Shown: positions 24,294 through 37,095, numbered from the stretch's first letter. The stretch is 64,000 bases of DNA from Laetmonice hystrix (GCA_965235115.1 OZ249446.1:15810001-15874000), one strand, 5' to 3'. Notes: generated by a model not told the origin, from the letters alone. A program made the numbers and translations.

Positions 24294-25914
24294 AAAAATT
24301 AGGGTAGTGATTGGATCCTGCTAAACCGGCCCTTCGATACAGTACCGCCATCTAGCGAGACGATAACAGACTATCGTCAATGGATGGGGAACTAGTAGAA
24401 ATAATAATATACAATTTGGATGTAAAAATTACAACAACGGGACAGCAATCTCGAGTAAGTCGCTAAATATTTGAATATGACAAGCCCCATCTTAGATTAA
24501 TAGTCATGCTGTGCGTAAAAAGTAAGGATGTAACACCTTAATTGTTCATATCTGTATGGAGTCAATCAGCCGATTATAATTGTTCATGAGCATCCTAACT
24601 GTACATCACTTAATTATTAGAAAATGCACTCGCTCAAACATTACAGGTATCCAACTTGAAGCCACATACATTCTTCCAAATATTGTACAAAGAATAGAAA
24701 ACATATAACCATGTATTTCTAATAAACGACATGTTGGAGGCCATTAGAAGGTATAAATCGAACGTAGAAATATAACTGAAAGTACAAGTATCAAGCTGAG
24801 CCACAGATATCGCAATCTTCTAATACTTTTCAGTCCGCAGGTAAAAATACTGTATACTTATAATTTCCTATAACTGCTTTAATTCTACTGAAAATGCATG
24901 TAAATATCGTTTTAACGATTTAAAAGTAACAAAGAAGAGAAGATAACATCAGAAAAAGTTAAGTCGTCTTCCCAACCTAAGATCAAGATGACGTCAACCT
25001 CTCTCTCCATGGCCATTATCTTCCTTGGAGTATAGAATATCATTATAAATGACACTTATGTATATATTTTCTAGGACGATGGCTCTTTCTTTTACCTTAG
25101 AGGACTGCAATATCCCAATAAATGTTTGTGATCATTCTACACGGTAACTGCTTTAAGAGCATGTACATGTGAGACATGTGCGAAATAGAAACAAATCATA
25201 AAAATCACCAATATTTGGTAATATCAAGTTCTGAATGAGGAGCATACAAAACAATATTATATTTCAATTATCATGTGCATGCCTAGACCAAGAGTTACAT
25301 TTATATCACAGAACGACGAAATAATATACGCTATATATAGCTATAGTTATTATGAAATAATGAAGGACAAATCCCAAATTTAGCTGCACGGATATGAGCG
25401 ATGACTGAAGGTAAATTCTCCCAGGATTACTATACTATTATGTACTATAGAGCTTTGCAGTTCTTTGATGGAAACAGCCACAGCCATTAGACAAGAACGA
25501 GGAAAAACCTCTAACCACCAGCACCAGAAGAGGGACGGAAATAGACAAGCAGACACAATTTTGGACAAAAGATTGGCAGGGTGAAAGTGAAGGGTACTGC
25601 TCTCTTGGGAAATCGCGAGAAAAACAGTTGTTGAAGGAACACAAAGTACGGCGATCATAGCAGCAAAAAGGTTCGTCGTACATGTATAAAAATAAATGTC
25701 ACCCACGTACTGAAAAATCTGATGGATGGTATGAAAGTTATAACATGATGAACCTATGACGTAAAATGATGTCATGATGACGTAACGATTATGACTGACG
25801 CAGACGACTGACACGACAAAAGTTACGTCACTGACGTAAGGAATACAAACATTATCGTGAAACAACCAAACAAATCTATCAGTTCCTCTGGGTACCACCA
25901 GTCGGTTCCTCTTC

Positions 25915-26456
25915 TTACGTACACAATTCCTCCAATAGGACAGTTAGGGCCCGTTCAATATCAGCGTCAGATTGTATTTGTGTGTACGTCGTTGTCATCG
26001 CCGACGCTCGGTTTATGTTGTTAAGGACGAGTCGGTCGACTTCAGACCCGACGCCCACCGTGTGCACAATGACGTCAGCGAGACCGACGGAAGGTTGTGA
26101 CGTGGCGTGACCGTCACTGATGATGACGGCATGGTTACGGACGCCCGTCCTGTCACCAGCGCTCTCACGGAACACGCGATCACGGAGCGTCCGTAACACC
26201 CGGTCCAAGTCGGTCCCCGAACCTTTACGCGGGAGAGCGATCGCTTCCAAAATTTCCAACTGGCTGGTGTAGTCGTTTAACAAAAACCACGTTTGCACGT
26301 TCCTGTCAAACGAAACCAACGCCACGCGCGTTCCGCCAAACCGGAAACTCAAACCGTTGACGACGCCGCGCAGGAGCATAAGCATGCGCGGGAAGTCCCG
26401 GTCGACATCCACCGAGACATCAACAACGAGGGCTACGTCAATCTGACGGCTGCATC
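25915..26456 (-). CDS. Gene B terminal exon: vWA6 plus stop
   Basis: [16 protein letters not shown]...IISDG...LLEELCT*; acceptor ctaactttag. Confidence 0.9.
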
Positions 26457-29400
26457 CTAAAGTTAGCAAAGTGGAGGCGTTTTTTAAAGAAGTGTATATT
26501 TCACCGCCCTATGTTTCAGTTATTGGCCAGGTGTAGGCCCGTATATCAAGAACGCTTAACCAGACAAATCAACAGCAGTCACCGAGGAGTTTTCAAGTGA
26601 CGGAAGGCCAGCGAAGTTAAGACTTAAATCTAGTCTTATGAAATTATCTTAAAGAACAAAACGTAGTTTTTGAAGACCAGTACTCACTTCGTTCACAGCG
26701 CAGACCGGCGGTGGGATAGGGACAGTCACAGCGCGGGTTTAGGGAATCAGGAATACATCGTCCAGAACCACAATTCAAACGTCTACAGCCGTCCGTGTCT
26801 GAAACATGATAGACAATGGTGTAAATCCTGTCCTCATTAAAACATTAAAACATCCACAAACATCACAACAATACTGACAGTGCATGGATTATCTGAGTGG
26901 ATTCATTCATGGTCATCAAAGATTGGAAGACATACAGCACCTTAAACTCAAAATAGTTTTATTGCCGTTCATTTCTTGGCAAAGGAACTGTAGAGTAAAA
27001 ATCGCGCCTATATTATGGGCCTATTGTGTACTATTGGGTCTGATCCCCTGGGGCGATTTTGGACGTTCATGCGATTTTGACATCACATTTTTATTATACT
27101 ATGATTTTGAGATTAAAGGATGGAACCCATTTCCTTAAACAGGGAAGGCCAGCCAGGAAAATTCCTGAAATTCCACCATTAAATCAAAGATCGCATGGCC
27201 GTCGCAAGGGAAATCGCTTGGGATGAAGCCCTTTAAGAATCAGCAGCCACTAGCCCATTCCAACATGGCCTGGCCTACTCTCACCGTTGATAATTGTATC
27301 GATGAGCCTGTCTGTGATCGACCCCAAGTCACCGACCCGTTTGACGGTGAGTACCGTCCTGGAGTACGGGTAGCTGGCGATGCCGCGGTACTCGAGGGCC
27401 CGGCGCCGGTTGAGGCCGATGCCGACCACAAGGAAGACGGTGCCGTCAATACGAGCCCGGACCGCCTCACGGACCGTACGGTCCAGATCGTCAGGGTTAC
27501 CGTCTGTCACTAACACGGCGTAGTTCACTACGTCAAGCCGGTCTCCGTTAGACCCCGACAGTAACTGTTGCCGCATTAACTTTAAGAGAAACATGTAAAC
27601 AGCTATAGCTAGATGTGATGCAGGTAGAGGCGAGAGGGTTAAAACAAAAAATTGTATAAGATTCTGAACCGTACGAGTTCATAGGTGACACCTACTGTTT
27701 AGTGCAGACTGAAGCAGATGTTAGCGTACAGTTCACTACAGTACAGGATGTAAAAATCCTTGTAACAGGGGGTCAAACAGTCAAGGTAGGGGGTCCCAGT
27801 AAGGAAAATGTATTAAAGGCAAAGTGGCATAAAAAGGGCAGTCCGTACCCCTCGGACGGCCTCCTTAGTCATCCTCCCAGGAGCTGTTGTCCCCCTCCCC
27901 CGATAAGTTTAAAAATAACTACTTTTTTCTAATACCAAAACCCTCTTTTGAACCTTGGTCTGCCCCCTATCAATTTTTGGCTGTGTACGACCCTGGGGGA
28001 GGCGGAGGGGGGGGGGGGGTTGATGTGCAGGCCTACTGTTCGTACCGCGATGGCGGCGGCCGTGTTGGTAGTACCGCCGGTGTACCGGATCGACTCGGTC
28101 GAATGGATGATATCCTGAGGGTCGGAGTACTCGTTTAGGTTGAGACGTACTCGGGCCCGGTCGGAGAAAGTAATCACTGATAGTCGGGTCTGCTCAGGTC
28201 CGATGTTCAGGTTGTGGGTGACGTTAGTGACGAAGTAAAGGAGAAGAGGGAAGTTCTCCCGCTGGATGCTTCCGGAGGAGTCTATGAGAAACACAACGTC
28301 CATCTTCTTACTGCTTCCTGTAGGGGTGAGGACAGGGACGCTCAGTAAGGACATGATGAATAAAGGAAAACAACAACGTAACTAGAGAAGGCAGAAATAC
28401 AAGACGTACGTGTGCAGTGCAATAAAGTAAAGGGCAAGCCGTGAAGATATTACAGGTCATTGAAAAGTACAGGGAAATAATTATGAAATGCGTATAAAAT
28501 ATTTTGGTACCATATAAAAAAGAATATAGACATGAGTCCTGTGATTTTTTGGGTATATTGTTTTCTTTGGTGTATTATTGCGCTATTCCGTATTTTAATA
28601 AAACTTATGAAACCTTTTTGTCTAAATTCTGACCATATTTCTATAATAATTACAGGAAATAACGAAAGACCTATAAGAAAACCGTCTATTCTAGAAGGAT
28701 TATAAGACGTACGTCTGGCACAGGTTGGTCCAAGGTACCCTCGCCGACACCGACATGTATACGACCCGATTCCGTCCATACACACACCACCATTTTCACA
28801 CGGCCTTCTGTCGCACTCATTGACCGCTGCCAAATACACACAGCAAGCCTAATATACTAAAAGTATACCTGGTATAGCCGAGGAAAATCTTTCTACTTCA
28901 TAATAATTAATTATTAAATTAACAAAATAACAAAATGGTTATACATGATATACACGTAGGAGAAATTGAGACATTCTTTAATCTCTTCTGTAATTACGAG
29001 GTGAGAGAATTCTACATTAGAAGTATTCACTATTTTTCAGATTTTAAGTGGAATTTATTACCGTTTTGTATATCTCTAACACATCAGTTCCATAACATAC
29101 TCACGAAACAACCACAGACAGGGGAGGCTATATTTTAAGAATACCCTTTGTCTTTCAGTTGCCAACCTATAGCAGTCAATACGCCACTTCCATGTAAATA
29201 CAAATGACCGCCCAGGCCTGGTTATGGAATCAGAATCAGATCCCATTGCTGGCAGAACTTACCGTTACACAGGTGTTCAGTGAGAGGCTCCAACAGTTGC
29301 GGCAGGTCCTGAAAGCCGTGTATCATGTAGAGGTTGGAGTCACCCAGACCGCTAGCAATCCCACGTAGTTCTAACTTACTGACTACTCCACCTACTCCAA

Positions 29401-32400
29401 TAACTATCAGTGTTACACCTACAACAAACGACAGTCACATCATGAACAATGGTATACATAGTCCTTATTACTAACACGATGTGTTCTAACTTACTGACTA
29501 CTCCACCTACTCTAATAACTATCAGCGTGACACCTACAACAAACGACAGTCACATCATGAATAATGGCATTATATAGTACTTATTACTAACACAATGTGA
29601 CCGCCTTCCCTCGCACAACAACAAGAAAACAATACGAAAAAGAAATTTACTCACGCCTTAGAAGAGAATGTGTTTGTTACAATAAAGTCCTACCAGAATT
29701 CCGAGTTGACACCGCTTGTCGGTAGGTGGCGTCGCGGTCTAGTGACTTGCCGTCCGTTAAGAGTATGGCGACGTTTGGAACATTTGGTCGGTCTCCCCGA
29801 TCTGGGGTAAACATCTCACGTATCGTTCTGACAATAAATAAAAGGGTAATTATATGTATGTAAACTAGTGAGCTCAAATGAAAATTTCCCAGAGTGGCGA
29901 AATTACGGGTGTTAATTTATAGACCCTATAGGCCTATATTAATTTAACACGCCATCTGATTTCGGACTCACGATCGTGGGTTTTCTATATTGATTGTCTA
30001 TAAGTAATGGGGTGAGCTTACGTTATCGCTTCTGCTGTATTAGTTGATCCCTTTGTATAAGGAAAATATATCGCTTCCTGGATCAATCTCTTCGTGGAGT
30101 ATTTGCTGAGGTCAAAGTGAACGGTCACGTGATCATCATAGGTCAGGACCCCGACTCGTGTCCTCCTGGCGGAGTTAGACGGAAACGGGAAATTCTCGAC
30201 GAGATCCGAGAAAAATCTGAGCATCTTATAGAAATTCTTCTCGCCAACTGAACCGGAAGAATCGATGGCGAATACGATATCGTAGTAACCTGGGCAGTCT
30301 GTAACGACAAACCGTCTTAAAGTAAAAGAACTTCTAAAAGAAAGAGACCAGACTATGCAGACATTACGGTATAACATCGGTGTTTACAGTTATGTGTAGA
30401 AGATTTTAGTTTTGTTAATTACAAGAACGTTAACGGAGGTGGACGACACATACCGTATTGACAGTCTGCCCCGGATGTGCCATCCCGGCAGGCACAGCGG
30501 TACTCGTTAGTTCCGTTCGTACAACCACCACGGTTTTTACAGGGATTGTTCATACATTCGTTCGTTTCTGTTCAAAGGAAAAATTCAGATATACACAAAC
30601 ATAAAACTGTTTAAGTGACTTGGCTCTACGTATTTTAAATCTAAAGTATTTATAACACTTTCATCATGCACGACTCAGTTCATACCTTTTAAATTATTTC
30701 TCGTGAGGTTTCAGATTCCCAGTGAGGCCACATTCATAAATGTAGGCCCTACACTGTATTATTGAATTTTTCCTGAAGAGAATGATGTAAACAAATCATC
30801 TAACCATTACAAATGGATGTTTGAATCGCCTGCACGACTTTATCCAACGAGCCGTAATCGCGCACGCGCAGAGCGTTCTTCTCGCGCGGAATGCTCGCAA
30901 TGCCGAGAAGTTCCGTGTCCCGCATCCAGCGCGGATCGCTCACCCCCAACACAAGTGACGTCACACCCGCTTCCTTCAGAAGTCGAGCCTCGGTTAAAGT
31001 TTCCTCCACCTGATTGGATTCGCCGTCTGTGATGACGATGATGACGTCAGGCGCGTCCCGTCGATTTCCGCGGTCGTTACGTAACAGCTCACGTCGGACC
31101 AATCGTAACGCGGCCGCTGTGTCTGTAGTCCCGCGAGAAAACTCCACCTCTAGAATCGCTCTGGCCGCGTCCTCGCTGTCCCTGAAGTCGTTCAGATAAA
31201 ACGCAGCCCGTGGTGTGTCTCCGTAAACCACCAACCCGACTCGTACGATCCCCGTGTTAATCTCAAGGTTGCCGATCAACGTCCGCACAAAGTTTTTCAT
31301 TCGGATGAAATTGTTGTCACCAATACTGCCCGAGGTGTCGAGAACAAATACCAGGTCTAATCTTTTGGCACAGTCTATCCAACGAAAGAGAGATCAGATT
31401 AGGTTAACTGTATGTAGTAAACATTAGCGGCAGGTGTATATAGACGACACGAGTATATTATTAGCAATCTAAAAGATAGGACGCGACAAGGACCATCATA
31501 TAAATGATTCCTTCACGCATCAAAAGGAATCTTAGGTGCTATTCTTCACAGCTCCCCAGACTGTACGGAGAAAGGATAATAGTGTGCCAAGTTCAACTGA
31601 ATAGGAACGCTTCAGTGTCAAGATTCTTTCCGGTGAATTAACCTCAGACATACTGCTTGACTGAAGGTTATTCTCCCTGAAGCAGTATAATTTGGACCGT
31701 TTGCCTTATTGAAATGTTAAAATCCCGCGTAACAGTATTCAGAGTCATTCACTCAATGTTACCTATGCAACTCAATTAATTCGCAAAGAGCTTTCATGAT
31801 ATCACTTATTAAAATCAAGCAAGGCGGACGCTGAAATCCTGGCATGGAGCCAGTCTGTTAATCAAAGCAATTGTAAAGCTGCCAACCCTGGGTTTAAGTA
31901 CCCATCCTCTCTCTGGGCTGCTGTGACGACTCATTTAATAGTTGCCTGTTTGTTCGACTCAATGAAGGCCTGTGAAACAAAGGTTGTTCTGGACCTTCTC
32001 GGAACGGTGCCAGATCGCTGTCGCTTCAACATTATATTGACTTAAATGAAATGTTGAAATGTTTTACACCGATTAAACACCTGCCGCGGAAGAATGTTGT
32101 TATTCTTCTGTAGTAATAGTTCATCCTTGGCTCACAACTTACATACTATATCCAGCTCACAGTCGGACCACTTCAGGACGATGTTGTCGTAAACGCCGTC
32201 AGCCGCTTGAGCAACTCGGAAAACGTGAGCAACATCCGGGTCACTGGCAATAATCTTCAGTTCCCGGATGTCAGCCAAAGGTCCCAGCCCGATTGCGTAC
32301 ATCTGTGTGACACAATCTTGGATAGAAAACTCACGTCTAAATGGAAATGGAGGAACTTCACAAATCGTCAGACCAAGAATTGCTAGAATACGACGGTAGG

Positions 32401-35400
32401 AACACTTTGGTGATACAGCAAGCTGGGCCTATTTTGTTAGTCACTGATGGGAGTGGAATTCCTGGTCGAAAAGTTAGGCCATAGACCTCCTGATGTTACT
32501 TGATAGGGGGCTGTTTAATTCTATTCCTCTGCCTAACCCCTCATGCCGCATAAAAATGGACAACCCAGACCATTCTTGTAGTAAATGAACGCCTACCTGA
32601 ATTCCTGCACGGTGGTTGGCATACGAGTCCCGATGTAGGTTTCCTTCTTCCCTGTTAGCCATTCCGTCTGTTATTAGTATCCCAACGTCTCGGACGCCTT
32701 TCCGGTTTCCATTTCCCGGTAGGAACATCTCGCGTCTGACGAGACGGAGAGCTCCGGATGTGTTGGTGTTCTCATCATGATAAACCACGTGATCGATTTG
32801 ACCTCGAAGCCCTGATCGCGAGAACGTCTCGTTAAACCCGAACTGCGGATAGGCAAAGTTGCTGTAGGCGATACCTGCCACGCGCACGTTATGTTTGCCC
32901 ACCGGAAGTAGTCCCACGAGATGTTTGGCGAAAGTGAGGCTCTTGGTCCACTCCTGTTTGACGCTGCCGGAAGTGTCCATGATAAACACGATGTCGGCGG
33001 CTTCTGTACAGACTAAAATAACGAGGAATTCCAAGTATACTCGAGCGGCAATGGATCAAACAGAGATGGCCTGTAAAGCAGTTGTTTTCAGAATAACTGC
33101 AAGACGCCTCTTAATTTCCACCCAATGTCGGGAACCAGGGCCCGGTTTTTTGGTTGAGCTTGAGACGAAACCTCGTCTCAAGCTCACGGCCCTATAGGAG
33201 TCGACTCATAGGGCCGTGAGCTTGAGACGAGGTTTTCTTCTCAAACTTGACTCAAGCTCAACCAAAAAACCGGGCCCAGGGGTCTAGAAGTCTTGAGCCC
33301 ACATTTAAACATATTTTTTATAATGCATTTTGCTCACTTGGCCTCTGTTGGACCCTATTTTTAGGTGGGCCCCTTTTTGCAAGCTTCCCATGTTGGACCT
33401 CAGCTGCAGGAGTTTTCAAAATCAAGGAGCAGCCCCTACGTCAAAAATTATACTCATAGAAAATAGACTTACGTTTGAAATCTCTGCATATTGTCTTTGT
33501 AATATTGTTCGTAAGTGTTTGTAACTGTTCCGGTCGGTCGACGAAGAAGAAATGATCCTCGTCTGGGTTGGTGGCGATCGCCCTTAACTCCACCCGGTCA
33601 ATTCCATGACTCCCAACTCCGACGGTAAACAGCCGAACTCCTTGTCGTCGGAGTCGGCTGGCTATCCGAAACACCTGCACATTCCCAAACAGGTCAATTA
33701 AATTCATCTGAACTCTTACTTTGTTCAAAATGATGGAGTTAATGTTTGTTAATCTCCTTGTGTTTATAATGTTTTACGGGTTAGCTCCAAAACTACACAC
33801 TGACAATGGCATACAGTAATACTTCAGGTATGGCCCCTAGAGACCTCATTAGACTTAAACGTTCTCCCTTTTCACCTGATACCAAACAGATCCCTTGGAA
33901 AGTCTCCCGAAATGATTGGTCAGGACCGAGAACCCAAGTGAAGGGAGCAGTGTCCGTTAATACCTGTTCCCGGTTGACGTCCGGCCGGCTAGCCGTTACC
34001 AGGAGAGCGGCATTGGGTGCCAGGCTCCGGTCTCCTTTGGCCGGTTTGAAGAGAACCCTCTCCAGGTACTCGAGGGCGGCTGTCAGATTGGTTGGACTCC
34101 TGCCTGGGTACTGAACGCGCCCCAATGCTCGGGCCACCTGTCAGAACATATACACAGACTCCACATCTACTACATTAAGTGCCCCCTTTTGGATACCTTT
34201 TTGAAGTGAATACCTTTTAAAGGTTTCCCCGGCTTGTAACCCCTTTCCCGCCACCTTTTTGAAATCCTGTATCCGCCCTAAGAGGTAGCCCCACCTCATT
34301 TATCTTATCTTTAATGTCTCAATAGTCAGGAAATTTTCAGACAGCATCGTCAACCCATTGGTTTCTGCACATGAGCTCAACTTCACTCTGATTGAAAACT
34401 CGGCAAAAGGTGTGCTTCATTTGATATTCTGCTCGCTTCCCGCGTTATGATCAAATATGTGTAACCTAAACGGGTGCGTAACCTTACGGAGCCCACTTTA
34501 GATGCCACAGGTAGAGTCGATAATATATGGTAAATCCGACGGGAAGTATGGGATTCGCAGATATATCCTTTAAATCAATGTACACGACCAAAAGAAATAC
34601 GTGGACTGTACCTCCCCAGGAGATAGCCATCTGTTAAAGGAGAACGCCTCACGAACACGGTCACTATACACGATGGCTGCGACACGAGCGAGACCGTCAT
34701 CAAGCGTGAGCATGCGCGTGATTGATTGAACCAATCGGATCATCTCGTTCCAGGTCCGACGCCCCACCTGGCGGGAACCATCCAAAACAACCACCAAGTC
34801 GCCTTTTTGTTGACATACTGTCAAGCGAAACAGAATAAGCAGATTAAGTTAACAGGTCTACTATTGTACTACTAGACAACTAACCTTTTCTATAACAACG
34901 TTTACAGAAAGATGTGGGATTTAGAGGAAGGGGTATCAAAAGAAACACTCAGACCAAAATATGACCGAACTAAACTGTCTAAAGTATATTGTGTATCAGG
35001 AACAGTAAATTTAGCCACAAAGGTTTACACCTTAGATTATGGTACGCCTAATGTCGAAGTTCACGGTATTAGGAACAGTAACTATTTAGCCACAAAGGTT
35101 TACACATTAGATTTTCGTATACGCCTAATGTCGAAGTTCACGGTATTAGGAACAGTACCTATTTAGCCACAAAGGTTTACACATTAGATTATGGTACGCC
35201 TAATGTCGAAGTTCACGGTCCTATCGATTAGAGAAACAGAAATAGAGTAAAACTGTGGATGATACCGTAATTACTACAGATAGCATCACAGTCAATTGGT
35301 AATTATTAGTGTTCAGGGAAACACTACAAGGGCAGTCATAAATCATCATTGACGACGGCACCACACATGGCGATCCAAACCTGGTTTTTATTAAGGGACT

Positions 35401-36911
35401 GTCCTTTAACGTACAGTGCGTTTTAAAAACATTACGGGGCCCCCTCGTTACCGTGATTGTAAGACACGAATTTGCTTTTAGTTCTGCTTCAAAAATCTTT
35501 GAAGGCTGCCTCGGTGTATGGCCCGATAGAAATCGCACTTTGACATATTCGGAGGCGAAGGATAAGAAAAACAACACTCATTATTAAAGTTTGTCACGTT
35601 TGTCCCAGTACAGGCTAAGAGTTCTAAAGAGAGAGAAAAAACCGCTAGATCTCCTCCAATAAAACATAATGCAAAACATGCCATAAGTGGTTCCATGTAT
35701 ATGTATTTCAATACTGGTGATCTGTGCATGTATATAATATATGCTACTTTGGCTTGAAAAGTATTTTCCACTCCTTCAAGTAACAGCATATAACACACCA
35801 CAATTCTGCTGAGTGTTTCAAAGAAGAGAATGGAAACTTCTTTCTGCGGATACAAACAGACGTATATGTTATGAGTTTAGATATTTTTGTCGAAGATTTT
35901 GTGTGCGTGATGGAATGGAAGAAGAGCAGATAAAAGAGTGCAGTGTGGTCATTATGTCTGACCGCGCCATGTGTGGACATTAATAATGCCTGTAACGCCA
36001 CAGACGATTCATTGACATGCACTCTTGGAGTAAATAATCAAACGTCTTCCCCTGTGCCGTCAGTGGCATGATCAGCACAAATAGAACGTGTTCCTTTATC
36101 CAACGGATATTCCTTCCTCGGGAAAAAATAAATGAAAAAATAAGTCGTTCTTTGCAAGGTGGTAATCGTTCAATTCAACACAGGGCAGGGGCCGTGCAGG
36201 AGGCGAATAGTTGTACTGTTTGCTTCTTTCTTTGCATTTTTTACCTCCTGACCTTAGAGAGACTTGCCGTTGGTTTGCCGAGTTCGGGAGACATTTCAGC
36301 AACATATTCTGGTATATTACTGTAAGGATCAAATGAATCCTTGAAGGAGTGTGTTCCTATGGTGGCATGCACTCTGCTCATGTCGATGAGGAATGTATAG
36401 GGGGGGGGGGGGGGTCAATGTCTAAAGGTTCCCATAATATGGCGGCCTGATATGGCACATGCTTCGACGAGATTTTGATTTCTTTCTTTCTCCGATACAA
36501 AGGAGTCAAACTGTACTTATATAATTTAACCATACTGGTAGCAAAAATGTGGTACGCGTTTTTGTACTAATTCCCTTAAGTTTTAATGACTAATCAAAAC
36601 TGGCAATGTTAATTATACAACCCCCATATTTTTAAAAATTTCTTTCTTCTGAAACTACAGTAATCGCCGCCTATTCACTATCACTAAAACAGAAGATGAC
36701 GCTGGGAAGAGGACAGGAAAATGACTGGGCATTATTAGGTCAAGACTACAAGTAGTATTGTTGTGCTAATGTGGTAGTAATTATGTGATGTGCCAATTAG
36801 AGATGACGTTTATAAATACAATATGAGTGTCTTACCCCTCTCGGAGGCGGTACTAATTGAATTCCAAACTAACAGAAACATCCACAGTAGAAACGTTTTA
36901 TGGCGCGCCAT
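25915..36911 (-). CDS. Gene B: secreted vWA/EGF multidomain protein (SP-vWA-vWA-vWA-EGF-vWA-EGF-vWA-EGF-vWA), 16 coding exons, 1272 aa
   Basis: Exons 36836-36911, 34612-34817, 33964-34137, 33473-33674, 32597-33012, 32143-32302, 30805-31374, 30454-30567, 30022-30298, 29694-29827, 29263-29418, 28713-28826, 28046-28317, 27285-27579, 26688-26798, 25915-26456. All are AG/GT-bounded and phase-compatible, summing to 3819 nt in one open frame. Confidence 0.85.
26688..26798 (-). CDS. Gene B EGF3 exon
   Basis: [36 protein letters not shown]; six Cys, phase 1-1, 111 nt. Confidence 0.85.
27285..27579 (-). CDS. Gene B vWA5, second half
   Basis: [27 protein letters not shown]...LIDTIIN; donor g|gtgag. 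Confidence 0.88.
28046..28317 (-). CDS. Gene B vWA5, first half
   Basis: [16 protein letters not shown]...[11 protein letters not shown]; phase 1-0. Confidence 0.88.
28713..28826 (-). CDS. Gene B EGF2 exon
   Basis: [37 protein letters not shown]; 114 nt. Confidence 0.92.
29263..29418 (-). CDS. Gene B vWA4, third part
   Basis: [23 protein letters not shown]...EHLCN; acceptor ttgtag, donor gtaagt. Confidence 0.88.
29368..29598. repeat. 2 x 115 bp tandem duplication copying an exon acceptor and the first ~51 coding nt
   Basis: 29368-29482 vs 29483-29598. Confidence 0.9.
29694..29827 (-). CDS. Gene B vWA4, second part
   Basis: [28 protein letters not shown]...RNS; phase 2-1. Confidence 0.88.
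30022..30298 (-). CDS. Gene B vWA4, first part
   Basis: [16 protein letters not shown]...GSTNTAEAI; donor gtaagc. Confidence 0.9.
30454..30567 (-). CDS. Gene B EGF1 exon
   Basis: [37 protein letters not shown]; 114 nt. Confidence 0.9.
30805..31374 (-). CDS. Gene B vWA3 (single exon)
   Basis: [16 protein letters not shown]...VITDG...TSICN; 570 nt, phase 1-1. Confidence 0.92.
32143..32302 (-). CDS. Gene B vWA2, second part
   Basis: [23 protein letters not shown]...WSDCELDIV; donor gtaagt, with an alternative in-phase donor at 32164. Confidence 0.8.
32597..33012 (-). CDS. Gene B vWA2, first part
   Basis: [16 protein letters not shown]...LITDG...RAGIQ. Confidence 0.9.
33139..33276. mobile_element. 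138-bp MITE, PIF/Harbinger-like, flanked by CAG direct repeats
   Basis: cag|ggcccggttttttggttgagcttgag...ctcaagctcaaccaaaaaaccgggcc|cag, plus an internal hairpin ctcgtctcaagctcacggccctat/atagggccgtgagcttgagacgag. Confidence 0.8.
33473..33674 (-). CDS. Gene B vWA1, third part
   Basis: [21 protein letters not shown]...KTICRDFK; donor gtaagt. Confidence 0.88.
33964..34137 (-). CDS. Gene B vWA1, second part
   Basis: [22 protein letters not shown]...[13 protein letters not shown]; phase 0-0. Confidence 0.85.
34612..34817 (-). CDS. Gene B vWA1, first part
   Basis: [16 protein letters not shown]...FNRWLSPGE. Confidence 0.85.
34998..35219. repeat. 3 x ~75 bp tandem repeat (intronic)
   Basis: ggaacagta...tttagccacaaaggtttacac...cgcctaatgtcgaagttcacggt three times. 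Confidence 0.9.
36836..36911 (-). CDS. Gene B first coding exon: signal peptide
   Basis: [25 protein letters not shown] has a basic n-region, hydrophobic core and S-T-A cleavage site. The phase-1 donor g|gtaaga matches the vWA1 acceptor. It is too short to appear in the ORF track. Confidence 0.7.
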
Positions 36912-37087
36912 TCTTCCATGTGTTGCCCTAGAAAAGAACACATAAACTGCATTAAGTATGGCTGATCAGAATCTGACTCTGTCCATCAGAAGTGTGATTG
37001 AGACTTGTGTAACCATCTAAGGAACGATCACACGCAGGTGATGTGATATTTGCCGTTGATGCCAACCTTCGTCTTGGCCTTGGACGA

Positions 37088-37095
37088 TTTATATA
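37088..37095 (-). promoter_or_regulatory. Candidate TATA box for gene B
   Basis: TATATAAA on the minus strand, ~180 bp upstream of the signal-peptide ATG. Confidence 0.3.

Noticed and set aside
25380-25898. 172-aa minus-strand ORF after the gene B stop
   Set aside because: It lies in the presumptive 3' UTR, has low-information hydrophobic composition and no recognisable domain.
29655-29656. 2-nt microexon (ctaag|GC|gtgagt)
   Set aside because: It would leave a 37-nt upstream intron and break a frame that is already consistent without it.
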